From sequence record MF360958.1: a DNA stretch of 64,000 nt; one strand, given 5' to 3'. Below, piece by piece: positions 39,021 to 48,279 of the stretch. A program made the translations under genes and the position numbers. The notes beneath the pieces are model-generated. The model worked only from the letters and a program-made list of their open reading frames with translations. It did no database searches and was not told where the DNA came from. How positions within the stretch are numbered: position 1 is the first letter of the stretch; every line of letters begins with the position of its first letter.

Positions 39021-40034
39021 ATGGTTGATCCCATAATAAATTCAAAAAATATTATAAATCAAGTTGAAACTAATCTTGAAAAAAACTTTAATGACAGATC
39101 GCAAATTACTGAATCATTAGATCAAGAGTTTGAACAGTTATTAGAAAAAAGCATTGACAATACTGTTATAGAAAATGATGAAAGTGGTATTTCATTATTT
39201 GTTCTAACTGAAATGTATGATCAAATGGTTCTAAAAGAAAACTTACTAAGTAAGTCTAAAGAAATATTTCAGAATGTTTCTAAAGCATGGCAAAAAATGT
39301 CTACTAGTACTGAAAAAGAAACTAAACGAGCAATAAATCAAGAATTGAATATTGATCATCAAGGATTAAATTCAAAACAGAAAAAAAGATTACGTTATAT
39401 TACTAAAAAGTTAATTGAAAGTTATTATTTTGATTATAATGTAGTTCTTAATGAACATAATAAACTTAAAACACTTTACAGTAAGAAATTTTTTGACGAA
39501 CTTATTAATTCATTTAAATTAGCACCGCGTGTTGATAAAATTGTAAGGGGCGAGTTTAGAGATTCTATTAATAAGATAGTTAAAAAAGTTACTTATCTTG
39601 GTAAACAAGAATTAGAACAATATAAAGAAGATAATCCAAATAGTTCTTCTCCTATTAAAAACCAGAATCAATTATATACACTCCTAAATAGTTCAGATAA
39701 GCAAGAAATTCAAATGCAAGCGAGTGAACTTATTGGAAGAATTATAGGTTTCGCTGCTGCTATATCTATTGGAGAATATTTCAAGACTAATAGCAATGCT
39801 TTAGAATCCATTACTAATTTTAAAAATGATAATGGTCAATTATTAGAACAAATTTTAAATAGTATCACTAGTGATAGTATTCGTAATGAAAAATATAATA
39901 ATGCTTATAATCTAACAGAAAAAGATTCTCCCAAGTGGGATTCTTTAAGTGAAGAAGAAATCAAATTTTTAGATATGAAAAACGATACAATTTTTGACCA
40001 ATATATTAATAACGGGGATAATAGCAATGAGTAA
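39021..40034 (+). CDS. Hypothetical protein
   Basis: 337-aa ORF with RBS GGAG; several [IL]xE motifs near the N-terminus. Confidence 0.7.
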   Translation: MVDPIINSKNIINQVETNLEKNFNDRSQITESLDQEFEQLLEKSIDNTVIENDESGISLFVLTEMYDQMVLKENLLSKSKEIFQNVSKAWQKMSTSTEKETKRAINQELNIDHQGLNSKQKKRLRYITKKLIESYYFDYNVVLNEHNKLKTLYSKKFFDELINSFKLAPRVDKIVRGEFRDSINKIVKKVTYLGKQELEQYKEDNPNSSSPIKNQNQLYTLLNSSDKQEIQMQASELIGRIIGFAAAISIGEYFKTNSNALESITNFKNDNGQLLEQILNSITSDSIRNEKYNNAYNLTEKDSPKWDSLSEEEIKFLDMKNDTIFDQYINNGDNSNE

Positions 40035-40545
40035 TGATTGGAATACACATAACGAAGAAACATTTGAATATTATTATAACAGTTACAAATATGGTACATA
40101 TGCTGAAGTAAAGCCTACTGAAGAAAGTGCTGATACATTAGCTGGAATTACTAAAAAGGCTAAACCCAATGACCCGGTAGAAAAAGAAGATCTTCATACA
40201 ACACTTGTGTTTTCTATTGGTAAAGGCAATCCTACTATGCAACCAAGTCATGATGTAGAATACGTAGCGTATCTGGATTCATTTGAACTATTTGGTGAAA
40301 ATAGAGATATATTAGTCATTTCTCTCGAATCTGAAGATCTTGAACAAAGACACAATTATTTAATTCATAATGGATTGTTACGTCATAGCTTTGAAAAATA
40401 CCGTCCTCATGTTACAATTGGTTATAATTTCAGTGGGGATCTACCAAATAAAGAAAAGCTCCTTCGTGATAATAACGGTGATAAAATCAAAGTTATTTTT
40501 AAGGGCGAAAAATTTGACTATATCAATCCTAATTATATAGAATAA
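40027..40545 (+). CDS. acb1: Anti-CBASS 2H phosphoesterase (T4 57B/Acb1 homolog); start revised to ATG 40027
   Basis: Two HxT motifs (LHTTL, PHVTI); blocks GTYAEVK, DPVEKEDLHTTLVFS, LVISLESEDLEQRH, HSFEKYRPHVTIGYN match T4 57B as I recall it (GLYVAAK, NPVPREKIHSTICYS, LVLVLDSEYLRCRH, HDFDDYTPHITLSYN). Confidence 0.85.
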   Translation: MSNDWNTHNEETFEYYYNSYKYGTYAEVKPTEESADTLAGITKKAKPNDPVEKEDLHTTLVFSIGKGNPTMQPSHDVEYVAYLDSFELFGENRDILVISLESEDLEQRHNYLIHNGLLRHSFEKYRPHVTIGYNFSGDLPNKEKLLRDNNGDKIKVIFKGEKFDYINPNYIE

Positions 40546-40549
40546 TACA

Positions 40550-41026
40550 ATGAGTTCAGTTATATCTAATTATTTTTACGGTTCCAATCCTCCCAATTAC
40601 GATAATGGTATGTTTTGTTTCAATAATATTAAAAACTACCATTATTGTTGTTTTAAAATGAATAATGTCAATTATATTGTTCTGGTGGGGGATAATGGTC
40701 AAGTTATATTTTCATCACTTAAATGTCGGTATAATGTTGATGAAATCATATCCCATCAATTTAATAATTTATTAACAAAAAGAAATCTAAGTAAATGTTT
40801 ATCAAAATTTGAAATATGTTTAACATTACTTTTTAAAATTATAAAAAATCAAAATTTAAAATTTGATGAATTATTATTCATATGTCCTGATAGACATATC
40901 ACAAATTCATATAAAACGGAATTATTCAATAAGAATCATATAAAATCAATTGAATCTAATGGTTATTGTTTTCATTCAATAATCAACTATAACCATAATG
41001 AAACGATTTACTTTGTTAAATGTTAG
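40550..41026 (+). CDS. Hypothetical protein
   Basis: 158-aa ORF, no recognisable motif. Confidence 0.6.
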   Translation: MSSVISNYFYGSNPPNYDNGMFCFNNIKNYHYCCFKMNNVNYIVLVGDNGQVIFSSLKCRYNVDEIISHQFNNLLTKRNLSKCLSKFEICLTLLFKIIKNQNLKFDELLFICPDRHITNSYKTELFNKNHIKSIESNGYCFHSIINYNHNETIYFVKC

Positions 41027-41822
41027 ATGTTTTAGATCGTATCATATACATAATAAATGATACTGTCCATTGATTTCCTGAATTATTATGCGCAACAAGA
41101 CGAAATTTATGTCCGGGCGCAACTTTCCAAGTATTATCGTTTGTCAATTCATTATATCCATCAACATTATTATCAATGTATATATGATTTATTAATCTAG
41201 AAATTGTTTTTTCGATTTTATACAAATCATATATACCTTCTTGATTATAATTAGGAACAACCGTCTTATCTACAATATCCCACCAACCACTGTTATTATT
41301 ATTAGGAACTACTGCTTTAACACCATCTATAACATGAGTACCAGAATTATCTGAAACAGGTTCTATAAGGTCTCCATTAAGTATAACATCCCCGGAAGAT
41401 TGTGTTTTAACTGGTGTCGCAGAAGCCACGACATGAACAGATATAGCATCATTACTCCCTGTTCCGGACCAGCTTGCTTTGCCACCAAAAAGATATGTTT
41501 GATCGGCAATAAATTCTACATCTTGGGTATAATCTTGTTGTGTTGTTCCTGTTACTATCCTAAGAGAACTACCATCTCCTATAAGTTGGTTGGTTATATC
41601 ATCTCCTTTACCAGTAAAATAAGTTTGGAGACCATAATCATATATAATAGATCCTTTTTTCCAAAAATGGTAAATGTAATAATTTCCTTTTACAGAATAC
41701 TCTAATTTCCATCCCAAACCTTCGGGACGATTAATTGTGTGTTCTAATGTAACATTATCATAAGAATAGGATTCATCTGCTTCAGGAATATTATCTAATG
41801 TTATTTTATATTGAACTGACAT
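41016..41822 (-). CDS. Putative virion-associated beta-rich protein
   Basis: 268 aa, downstream member of an operon preceded by a late-type promoter. Confidence 0.55.
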   Translation of the reverse strand: MSVQYKITLDNIPEADESYSYDNVTLEHTINRPEGLGWKLEYSVKGNYYIYHFWKKGSIIYDYGLQTYFTGKGDDITNQLIGDGSSLRIVTGTTQQDYTQDVEFIADQTYLFGGKASWSGTGSNDAISVHVVASATPVKTQSSGDVILNGDLIEPVSDNSGTHVIDGVKAVVPNNNNSGWWDIVDKTVVPNYNQEGIYDLYKIEKTISRLINHIYIDNNVDGYNELTNDNTWKVAPGHKFRLVAHNNSGNQWTVSFIMYMIRSKTSNI

Positions 41823-41839
41823 GCTATATTCTCCGATTA

Positions 41840-43039
41840 TTAATATATTTCTCTAAAGGTTAAAGATGCATACACTGGAGCATTATTTCCACTTGCATTT
41901 TGTGCTATAACTGATATAATATCTGTATTACCATCAATATCAGAGCCTAATGGTAATATAGTTTCTAAATCTAAAGATAAAGGCATTCCCATTCGAGTTG
42001 GTATATATCCACTATTAAGTAACAGCCCTCCTGAAACATTTTCAGCATCAGTATTATATTCTGATATCATAAGTTCAGACATGCTATTCCATGTAATCCC
42101 ATCAAATGTATCTGGCCTCATGATAACTTCATAATAAATTGTACTAAACAACGAATCTTGTAATAATTTTATACTATTGGGTATGATTTGAGCCCTATTA
42201 TATTCTGATTTTAAACGTAAGCTAATTAAAGGTGTTCTACCACTTACTCTAACACTATCTAGTCCTGTATTAACACTTGTTTGTATGCCACGTTTATCAT
42301 AATCTCCTTCTACAAGAATAGAGCTTGCTTGTTGTTTTAATACAGAGTTATCGCCATTTGATGTGATTTCAAAACGAATTGGAAGACTCGGTGTTCCAAA
42401 GCTATTAGTAGGTTGTGTATTTGCAGCTTCAAATTGTTCTACATAATGCACTTCCCCATTTATCACAACACCAACTCGTAATCTTCCTATACCGGTCCAT
42501 GCAAAATCAAAGTAAAATAGCTGCATATTAGTAAAGTCAAGATTTATTTTACTAGGTCCAGTTCCATCCATTTTATCAAGCGACCAATTAGATTTTTGTA
42601 TAACTTGTTCTGTGACTGTTCCTGTAATATCTGAACGTAAAACTAAACTTATATTATCATTATACCCATCATAGCGAAAAAATAATCCATTATTATCATC
42701 GAAAAAACCAACTTCTTTTTCAACATTTGCTGAGTCTTGTTTTAAATTAGTTGAAAGCATCCCAACATGAGATTTACCGGATTGGAAATAAAAATACTGT
42801 CTTGATTGTCTAATAACACGATCTCCCGTAGTATAAACTTCTAAATCTACAAGATTTTCAGTATTATTATAAGAACTACTGCCTCCATTAAATATTTTTT
42901 CATCCCATAAAAATTCTTCTTTATTATATTTTAAAGGAGAATCAAACATTGTTTTTATAGTAGTTGTTCTTAATCTATTAAGAGCATCTACTTGAGAATT
43001 ATTCGTATATTCAACTTTATTAGGATTTATATAAGCCAT
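41840..43039 (-). CDS. Putative virion structural protein (jelly-roll/ConA-like phage family)
   Basis: Motifs DALNRLRT..MFDS..Y..FLWDE, RQSRQYFYFQSGKS, VGFFDDNNGLFF, YFDFAWTGIGRLRVG, LPIRFEI common in large-phage structural proteins. Confidence 0.6.
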   Translation of the reverse strand: MAYINPNKVEYTNNSQVDALNRLRTTTIKTMFDSPLKYNKEEFLWDEKIFNGGSSSYNNTENLVDLEVYTTGDRVIRQSRQYFYFQSGKSHVGMLSTNLKQDSANVEKEVGFFDDNNGLFFRYDGYNDNISLVLRSDITGTVTEQVIQKSNWSLDKMDGTGPSKINLDFTNMQLFYFDFAWTGIGRLRVGVVINGEVHYVEQFEAANTQPTNSFGTPSLPIRFEITSNGDNSVLKQQASSILVEGDYDKRGIQTSVNTGLDSVRVSGRTPLISLRLKSEYNRAQIIPNSIKLLQDSLFSTIYYEVIMRPDTFDGITWNSMSELMISEYNTDAENVSGGLLLNSGYIPTRMGMPLSLDLETILPLGSDIDGNTDIISVIAQNASGNNAPVYASLTFREIY

Positions 43040-43051
43040 AATTTGTAACCT

Positions 43052-43537
43052 TTATATTATAAACCAATTTGAACCATCACATATCATAGTGATACTATTA
43101 TAATTATTGTTTATTGTGAAAACCGTATCGCCATCAATTGTTTCATTACCTTCTGTGTCTATTGTTATATTATTTGTTTCAGATGTTCCTGACTTATCTT
43201 TTATAGTAATACAATAACCTTTTATTGTATTACTAGAAGATATAGTCAATGTTAATTGTGATGATTGCGAATCTGCAAGGTAATATTGCTCAGCAGTAGA
43301 ATTTATAAGAACAGTATCTGATGAAACAGTTTCTATTTTTTTAATACCTATTTCATACCATAACCCATTTTCTTTTCTATAAATAGAAGGCGGTGAAGTT
43401 TTAGTAAAATATACATCCCCATTATTTCCTAAAGTAGAATCTGGCATCGAATTACCTTGAAATAAACAGATACCACGTTTTCCTATTTTATAAAATGTAT
43501 TGGTTGTACCAGTTATGTTGCTTAAAACTTCAGACAT
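43052..43537 (-). CDS. Tail-fibre/baseplate-type small structural protein
   Basis: PDSTLGNNGDVYF motif plus C-terminal LAD..LTLT..IKDKSG..NNITI..ETIDG..SITMICDGSNWFII domain typical of fibre proteins. Confidence 0.6.
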   Translation of the reverse strand: MSEVLSNITGTTNTFYKIGKRGICLFQGNSMPDSTLGNNGDVYFTKTSPPSIYRKENGLWYEIGIKKIETVSSDTVLINSTAEQYYLADSQSSQLTLTISSSNTIKGYCITIKDKSGTSETNNITIDTEGNETIDGDTVFTINNNYNSITMICDGSNWFII

Positions 43538-43553
43538 AAGTTATTTCCCACTG

Positions 43554-43586
43554 TATAAATAATTTAAAACTCATGAATTATTTATG
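43554..43586. promoter_or_regulatory. Divergent pair of late promoters: TATAAATA (+, 43554-43561) and CATAAATA (-, 43579-43586)
   Basis: Both lie in the 82-bp gap between divergent structural-type genes. Confidence 0.65.
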
Positions 43587-43619
43587 CTTATTCTAATTAC
43601 TAACAAGGTTTAAAAATGT

Positions 43620-44183
43620 ATGATTAAAAACTACTCTATTAATGGTATAGGTAATAATGTAGAAATAGGTAAAAATGGTTGTAAAATTAATTATTCTAAA
43701 AATAATAATGTAGTATCTATAAATAATTCACAATCTCAATTATGTAAAATAGATTGCTCCAAAGGGGTAAATGTCTATAATACTATAAATGTTGAACAAA
43801 TAGAAAACGCATCAATAACAGGTAATTTAACAGGTTCATTTAGCATAGATAACAATGGTGATATTACATTTAATACAACAATATCTTCAATAAATATCAA
43901 TCAACCTTTTCAATATATAAATTCTAAACAAACATTAGAAATTAATAAACGTTATTATATAGAAAATGATATTACTGTGTTATTACCTACTATCTCTAAT
44001 TTAACAATTGGACACAGTATTGAAATTAGAAATAAATTTGGATCTTCCGTAACAATTGAAGTTAACGACACCAGTACAGAACAAATATATACTGATTCAA
44101 CAAGTTCATTTTCATCTATATTAGCAGATGTCCCTTCACATTATACTTTTATATTTAACGGTTCTGATTGGGAGGTGTTATAA
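43620..44183 (+). CDS. Tail-fibre/baseplate-type small structural protein
   Basis: C-terminal ITVLLP..IGHSIEI..YTFIFNGSDWEVL domain similar to that of 43052..43537. Confidence 0.55.
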   Translation: MIKNYSINGIGNNVEIGKNGCKINYSKNNNVVSINNSQSQLCKIDCSKGVNVYNTINVEQIENASITGNLTGSFSIDNNGDITFNTTISSININQPFQYINSKQTLEINKRYYIENDITVLLPTISNLTIGHSIEIRNKFGSSVTIEVNDTSTEQIYTDSTSSFSSILADVPSHYTFIFNGSDWEVL

Positions 44184-44185
44184 TA

Positions 44186-44626
44186 ATGACTAAAAATATT
44201 ATAAGAAGTAGTGTGTTACAAAGAATCAAAAAAATACCTAAGTTATCAAAAAATGCAATCAACACATTTACTAAAAACGCCCAAACTATAGGCGGAACTA
44301 TTAATGTAACAGTACCGGGAAGTATTGAACCAATTTTGGTATTAGATGCCGAAGGTATATTTGCTTTTGGTGGTATTGGTAAAGAATCATGGAGAGATAA
44401 TATTAAAATAACCAATATTATTATAGATGGAACTGCTGTTTTTGATTATACATATAATATCAATAATTTAAAGCTAGATAGTTTATTTCAAGATACCAAT
44501 GCAACAAAAAATGTAGGACATAATACCCCTCCATTTCTTGTTAATGATTCAATTCAAATATATTGCATAAATTCAGATCAATATTGGCCGGGTGAAATAT
44601 ATATTTCACTAGTACCTATTCAATAA
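44186..44626 (+). CDS. Hypothetical protein, possibly fibre-associated; start revised to ATG 44186
   Basis: RBS GGAGG; co-operonic with neighbours. Confidence 0.6.
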   Translation: MTKNIIRSSVLQRIKKIPKLSKNAINTFTKNAQTIGGTINVTVPGSIEPILVLDAEGIFAFGGIGKESWRDNIKITNIIIDGTAVFDYTYNINNLKLDSLFQDTNATKNVGHNTPPFLVNDSIQIYCINSDQYWPGEIYISLVPIQ

Positions 44627-44638
44627 GGAAAATATCAT

Positions 44639-45064
44639 ATGAAAAATATTTATAAAAACGACACGCATAGAATATCTGTACTAGATGATAATAAGGAAAC
44701 AAAGAAAGAAAAAAAGAAAAAAGAAAATAATAGAAAAAGAAAAAAAGTCGAAAAGGGTGGTGTAGAATACGGTCAAGATAAACATCTCATTGCTACGGAC
44801 TCTGAATCTATATCAAAGATAGTTTCAACAGCAAATGCATTAGACCAAGGCATCATTTCAAAAATTAAGTGGAAAGCAATGAATGGTTGGATAAATAATG
44901 TGGATTCAACAACCATGATGGACATATCTACAATTGTTACAAAACACATTCAAGAATCTTTTAGCACAGAACGCGAGATTGAAGAGTTTATTGATACATT
45001 AACAGAAGATGAGTTAGATCAATTAAATATTGAAGATGAATGGAATAAGCGTTTTGGATATTAA
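44639..45064 (+). CDS. DUF4376-like protein (tail fibre-associated)
   Basis: WKAMNGWINNVD..MMDISTIVTKHIQESFSTEREIEEFI matches the DUF4376 pattern WK..D/N..HVQ.CF..E. Confidence 0.55.
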   Translation: MKNIYKNDTHRISVLDDNKETKKEKKKKENNRKRKKVEKGGVEYGQDKHLIATDSESISKIVSTANALDQGIISKIKWKAMNGWINNVDSTTMMDISTIVTKHIQESFSTEREIEEFIDTLTEDELDQLNIEDEWNKRFGY

Positions 45065-45100
45065 TATGGCATTTTTTAGAAAATTATTAAAACTATGTAA

Positions 45101-45108
45101 TATAAATA
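45101..45108 (+). promoter_or_regulatory. Late promoter TATAAATA upstream of the M15 peptidase
   Basis: Exact match 29 nt upstream of ATG 45138, which has RBS GAGGA. Confidence 0.6.
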
Positions 45109-45137
45109 ATTATAAGAAAATTAAAGAGGAAGATAAT

Positions 45138-45644
45138 ATGGCATCCTTTAAATTAAATATGAATGAAAAGTTATCTAAAGATTTTAAATTAAAAGAATTT
45201 TTAAAATCTCAAACAGCTTCACGAAAAAATATAGATAACACACCCGGATCAGAACAATTGAATAATATTAGAAATCTAGTTGATAATTTACTACAACCAT
45301 TGAGAACACATGTTGATTCTGTACTTATTGTCACCAGCGGTTATCGTAGTCCTAAATTAAACGAGGAAATTGGTGGTTCTGAAACTTCACAACACATTGA
45401 GGGTCAAGCGGCAGATATTGAATCTACTGTATACAATACTTATGAACTTGCTGAAATTATAAAAGATAATTTTGATTTTGATCAACTTATATTGGAATTT
45501 TATAATCCAAATGAAGGTGATAATTCTGGTTGGGTACATGTTTCATACGTTAATGACAAAGAAAATCGTAATGAAGTCATGACCGCTATGAAGACTGGTT
45601 CTGGTCTCAACTATATGATGGGGCTAGTTAAAGAGGAACCTTGA
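45138..45644 (+). CDS. Peptidase M15 family Zn peptidase (endolysin candidate); start revised to ATG 45138
   Basis: LSKDFKLKEFLKSQTA, LQPLR, VTSGYRS, SQH..GQAAD, WVHVSY. Confidence 0.85.
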   Translation: MASFKLNMNEKLSKDFKLKEFLKSQTASRKNIDNTPGSEQLNNIRNLVDNLLQPLRTHVDSVLIVTSGYRSPKLNEEIGGSETSQHIEGQAADIESTVYNTYELAEIIKDNFDFDQLILEFYNPNEGDNSGWVHVSYVNDKENRNEVMTAMKTGSGLNYMMGLVKEEP

Positions 45645-45792
45645 TGGTTCCTCAAATCATATCATGTACATCTTTATGATAGAAATAATTACAAAATGTT
45701 TGATCATCAAAATTGCTAACAATGATTTCAATAATATTGTATTTAATAATATCAAACTGTATCTTCATGTATATCCCCCTTAGAATGTTATT

Positions 45793-46257
45793 TTAACGAA
45801 TTCCTATTACTTCGTACTCAATTGTATCATATCCTAGTGCAATTTCACATCCATCATCAACTTGTAATCCAATTATTTCTTTTCCAAGAGGCGAGAGATA
45901 ACTAATAACACCATTCTTAGGATCACTTTCATAGGCTCCTAGAATTTGAAATGATACCTCTTTATCATTTTTAACATCGTAAAGATCAACAATAGATCCA
46001 AATTCAACTTTTTCCATACTACGGTTTGAGATATCTACAATTTGACTATTGTTCAATACTGCGTGTAATTCATTAATAGTTTCATTTAAGCTCTGATAGC
46101 GTTGTGTGAATTGTCCTAGCTCACTTTCATCTTCTGTTGATAGTGAAGCATTTCTTACTTCCTGCATTTCATCAAGAGTCTCATCAACCTGTTTTTTTAA
46201 TTTAGAGACTTTAGCGGTAATTTGATCATAACCTTTTTGTGTCATTAAATGTTTCAT
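45793..46257 (-). CDS. greA: GreA/GreB-family transcription factor with atypical acidic tip
   Basis: MTQKGY N-terminus, coiled coil, VEFGSIVDL, FQILG.YESDP.NG.ISYLSPLG..IIG. Confidence 0.8.
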   Translation of the reverse strand: MKHLMTQKGYDQITAKVSKLKKQVDETLDEMQEVRNASLSTEDESELGQFTQRYQSLNETINELHAVLNNSQIVDISNRSMEKVEFGSIVDLYDVKNDKEVSFQILGAYESDPKNGVISYLSPLGKEIIGLQVDDGCEIALGYDTIEYEVIGIR

Positions 46258-46542
46258 TTTTAACCCTTATATTAATTTTAGAATGCCAATAGATTTTTAT
46301 TGTTTTAGTTTATACAATATTATTTAAATCCTAATTAAATTTTTGATATATTTATCTTATATTAAAATATTACATAAATTATGATAATAAATTATGATAA
46401 TTAAACATCAACTAAAAGTAATACGAATATTATGGTATAATTCTCAATCTATATTTGATCACTAAAAAAGTATATAATTATAATATCAAATAACGCTTCA
46501 TAAGAAATTTTCATAATTCATTAGGTTTGAAATTTAGATATA

Positions 46543-46572
46543 AAAAATCCTCCATGATCATGGAGGATTTTT
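46543..46572. terminator. Perfect 30-bp palindrome AAAAATCCTCCATGATCATGGAGGATTTTT; bidirectional intrinsic terminator
   Basis: Exact self-complement, 13 nt past the stop of 46586..47881, with T5 tracts on both strands. Confidence 0.85.
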
Positions 46573-46585
46573 ATAACACACTTTA

Positions 46586-47881
46586 TTACTCATTAACGTA
46601 GTCATTATAATACAATGTAGTACCAAATGGCGCTTCAACTTTTTGACTAATTGCATGTTCATCATGAATAAGGAAAATGGTATCACAGTACTCTGGATCG
46701 CCCCATGAACCATTAGGCATACCGTCAGTAAGCATCACAAAAGTATCAGGGCAAATATCATTGTTTTTCATGAATTCCCAACATGCCATAAAGTCAGTAC
46801 CACCACCACCTTGTGGCGCGTATTCAAGAAGCTCATCAATGTTATCTTGGTCAAATTCTTTATAACCATAGACTTTAGTATCAAACGTAAAGATACCAAT
46901 TTTAAACGATGTGAAACAGTTACCAATGAAATAAATCTCTGAAAGAAAATCAGTAAGCTGATCATTACTCATCGAACCACTCGCGTCCACGGCAACTGTA
47001 AATTCATAATGGTCATCCACGACAATACCGGGGATAATGATCCCAGCAGATAGGAATCGCTTATTAGGACGTTTCCAGCTATAATCAGTTTTGACCTTGG
47101 ATTTAGCATTCTCTCGAATGAAATCACGCCAGTTCATTACGGGTTCTGTGATTTCTTTGATCATTCGTTGAATTTCAGCCGGTACACTACCCGCTGATTT
47201 AGAACCTGACGCAATTTCAGAAGCTTGCATCATTGCAGATTGCATTTCATTATCGAGCTTTGCCATCTCGCTTTCAGTCATGATGATAGTATCACCATCT
47301 TGCCCATTTGAACCATCTTGTGATTGTTGAACATCGAAGTGGTCATCGAAGTTGCTTTGACCATCATCACCTTGGTCTTGACCGCCTTGGCTTTGGTTTT
47401 GTTTTTGTTCGTGAAGAAGATCATAGATTTCTTCAGTGGACTTGTCTGCGAGATTTTCATCATACAGCCCACCAACGCCGGGGAAACGACCTACACCGTC
47501 ACGAACAAGAATATGGTTGATAACGTAATCGGCAGACTTCCAATAATCATCATTGTCTTTCTTACCTTTACGTGTGAGATGCCGTAGAGCACAATGCATT
47601 ACTTCGTGAGCAATTGCGAAAACGATTTCGTCATCATCCAGAGCATTAATAAACCATGGATTATAATAGAGTGTACGACCGTCTACCATAATGGAACGAA
47701 CCGTTTGGTCCTCACAGTCTACCGCCTTCAGGCGAAGATTCAGAGCAATGGTTCCATAGAAAGGTTCTCGTTGCATCATACGGAGCCGATTAATCACAAG
47801 ACGCTGATGCATTTCTTTCTCATCAATGTCTGCTTCATAATCTACCGTTTTGTATTGTTCTCCGGGTTGGTAATTTGACAT
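46586..47881 (-). CDS. vWA-associated metallopeptidase (DUF2201-like: HExxH domain + acidic linker + vWA)
   Basis: AHEVMHCALRH, Q/G/D linker, VDASGSM, FDTKV, GGGTDF, LTDG. Confidence 0.88.
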   Translation of the reverse strand: MSNYQPGEQYKTVDYEADIDEKEMHQRLVINRLRMMQREPFYGTIALNLRLKAVDCEDQTVRSIMVDGRTLYYNPWFINALDDDEIVFAIAHEVMHCALRHLTRKGKKDNDDYWKSADYVINHILVRDGVGRFPGVGGLYDENLADKSTEEIYDLLHEQKQNQSQGGQDQGDDGQSNFDDHFDVQQSQDGSNGQDGDTIIMTESEMAKLDNEMQSAMMQASEIASGSKSAGSVPAEIQRMIKEITEPVMNWRDFIRENAKSKVKTDYSWKRPNKRFLSAGIIIPGIVVDDHYEFTVAVDASGSMSNDQLTDFLSEIYFIGNCFTSFKIGIFTFDTKVYGYKEFDQDNIDELLEYAPQGGGGTDFMACWEFMKNNDICPDTFVMLTDGMPNGSWGDPEYCDTIFLIHDEHAISQKVEAPFGTTLYYNDYVNE

Positions 47882-47931
47882 AATTTACTCCTGTTTAAAT
47901 AGTTTATATTATCGAGAGATAATAACATTCA

Positions 47932-48210
47932 TTAGCTCACTCGACAATAGACTTGTTCTTCAGAGACACAGTAATATTCATTACCATCATCATCTTTATG
48001 AATCATAGGCGAAATTGCATTAATGATAAGCGTATCACCTGCTTTTGTATAATCAACAAGCTCGCCTGCGCTTACAACTACAGCTTTACAGTATGTATCT
48101 TTACTATTGCTAATCTCAATAATAGTAGATAGTTGTTCATCATCTTCAATTCTTCGAGCAATAACATTTTCATTAATAGCACGAATTTTTTCAAAATTTT
48201 GTTCTGACAT
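47932..48210 (-). CDS. groES: Co-chaperonin GroES-like protein
   Basis: IRAINENVIARR..IIEI..KAVVVSAG..AGDTL..GNEYYCVSEEQVY follows the Cpn10 pattern; 92 aa. Confidence 0.78.
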   Translation of the reverse strand: MSEQNFEKIRAINENVIARRIEDDEQLSTIIEISNSKDTYCKAVVVSAGELVDYTKAGDTLIINAISPMIHKDDDGNEYYCVSEEQVYCRVS

Positions 48211-48279
48211 TATTAGAGTATCCTATATTTTTTATTTAAAATACATCCCTGTACTGATTAATGGTTTATTCTATTTATT

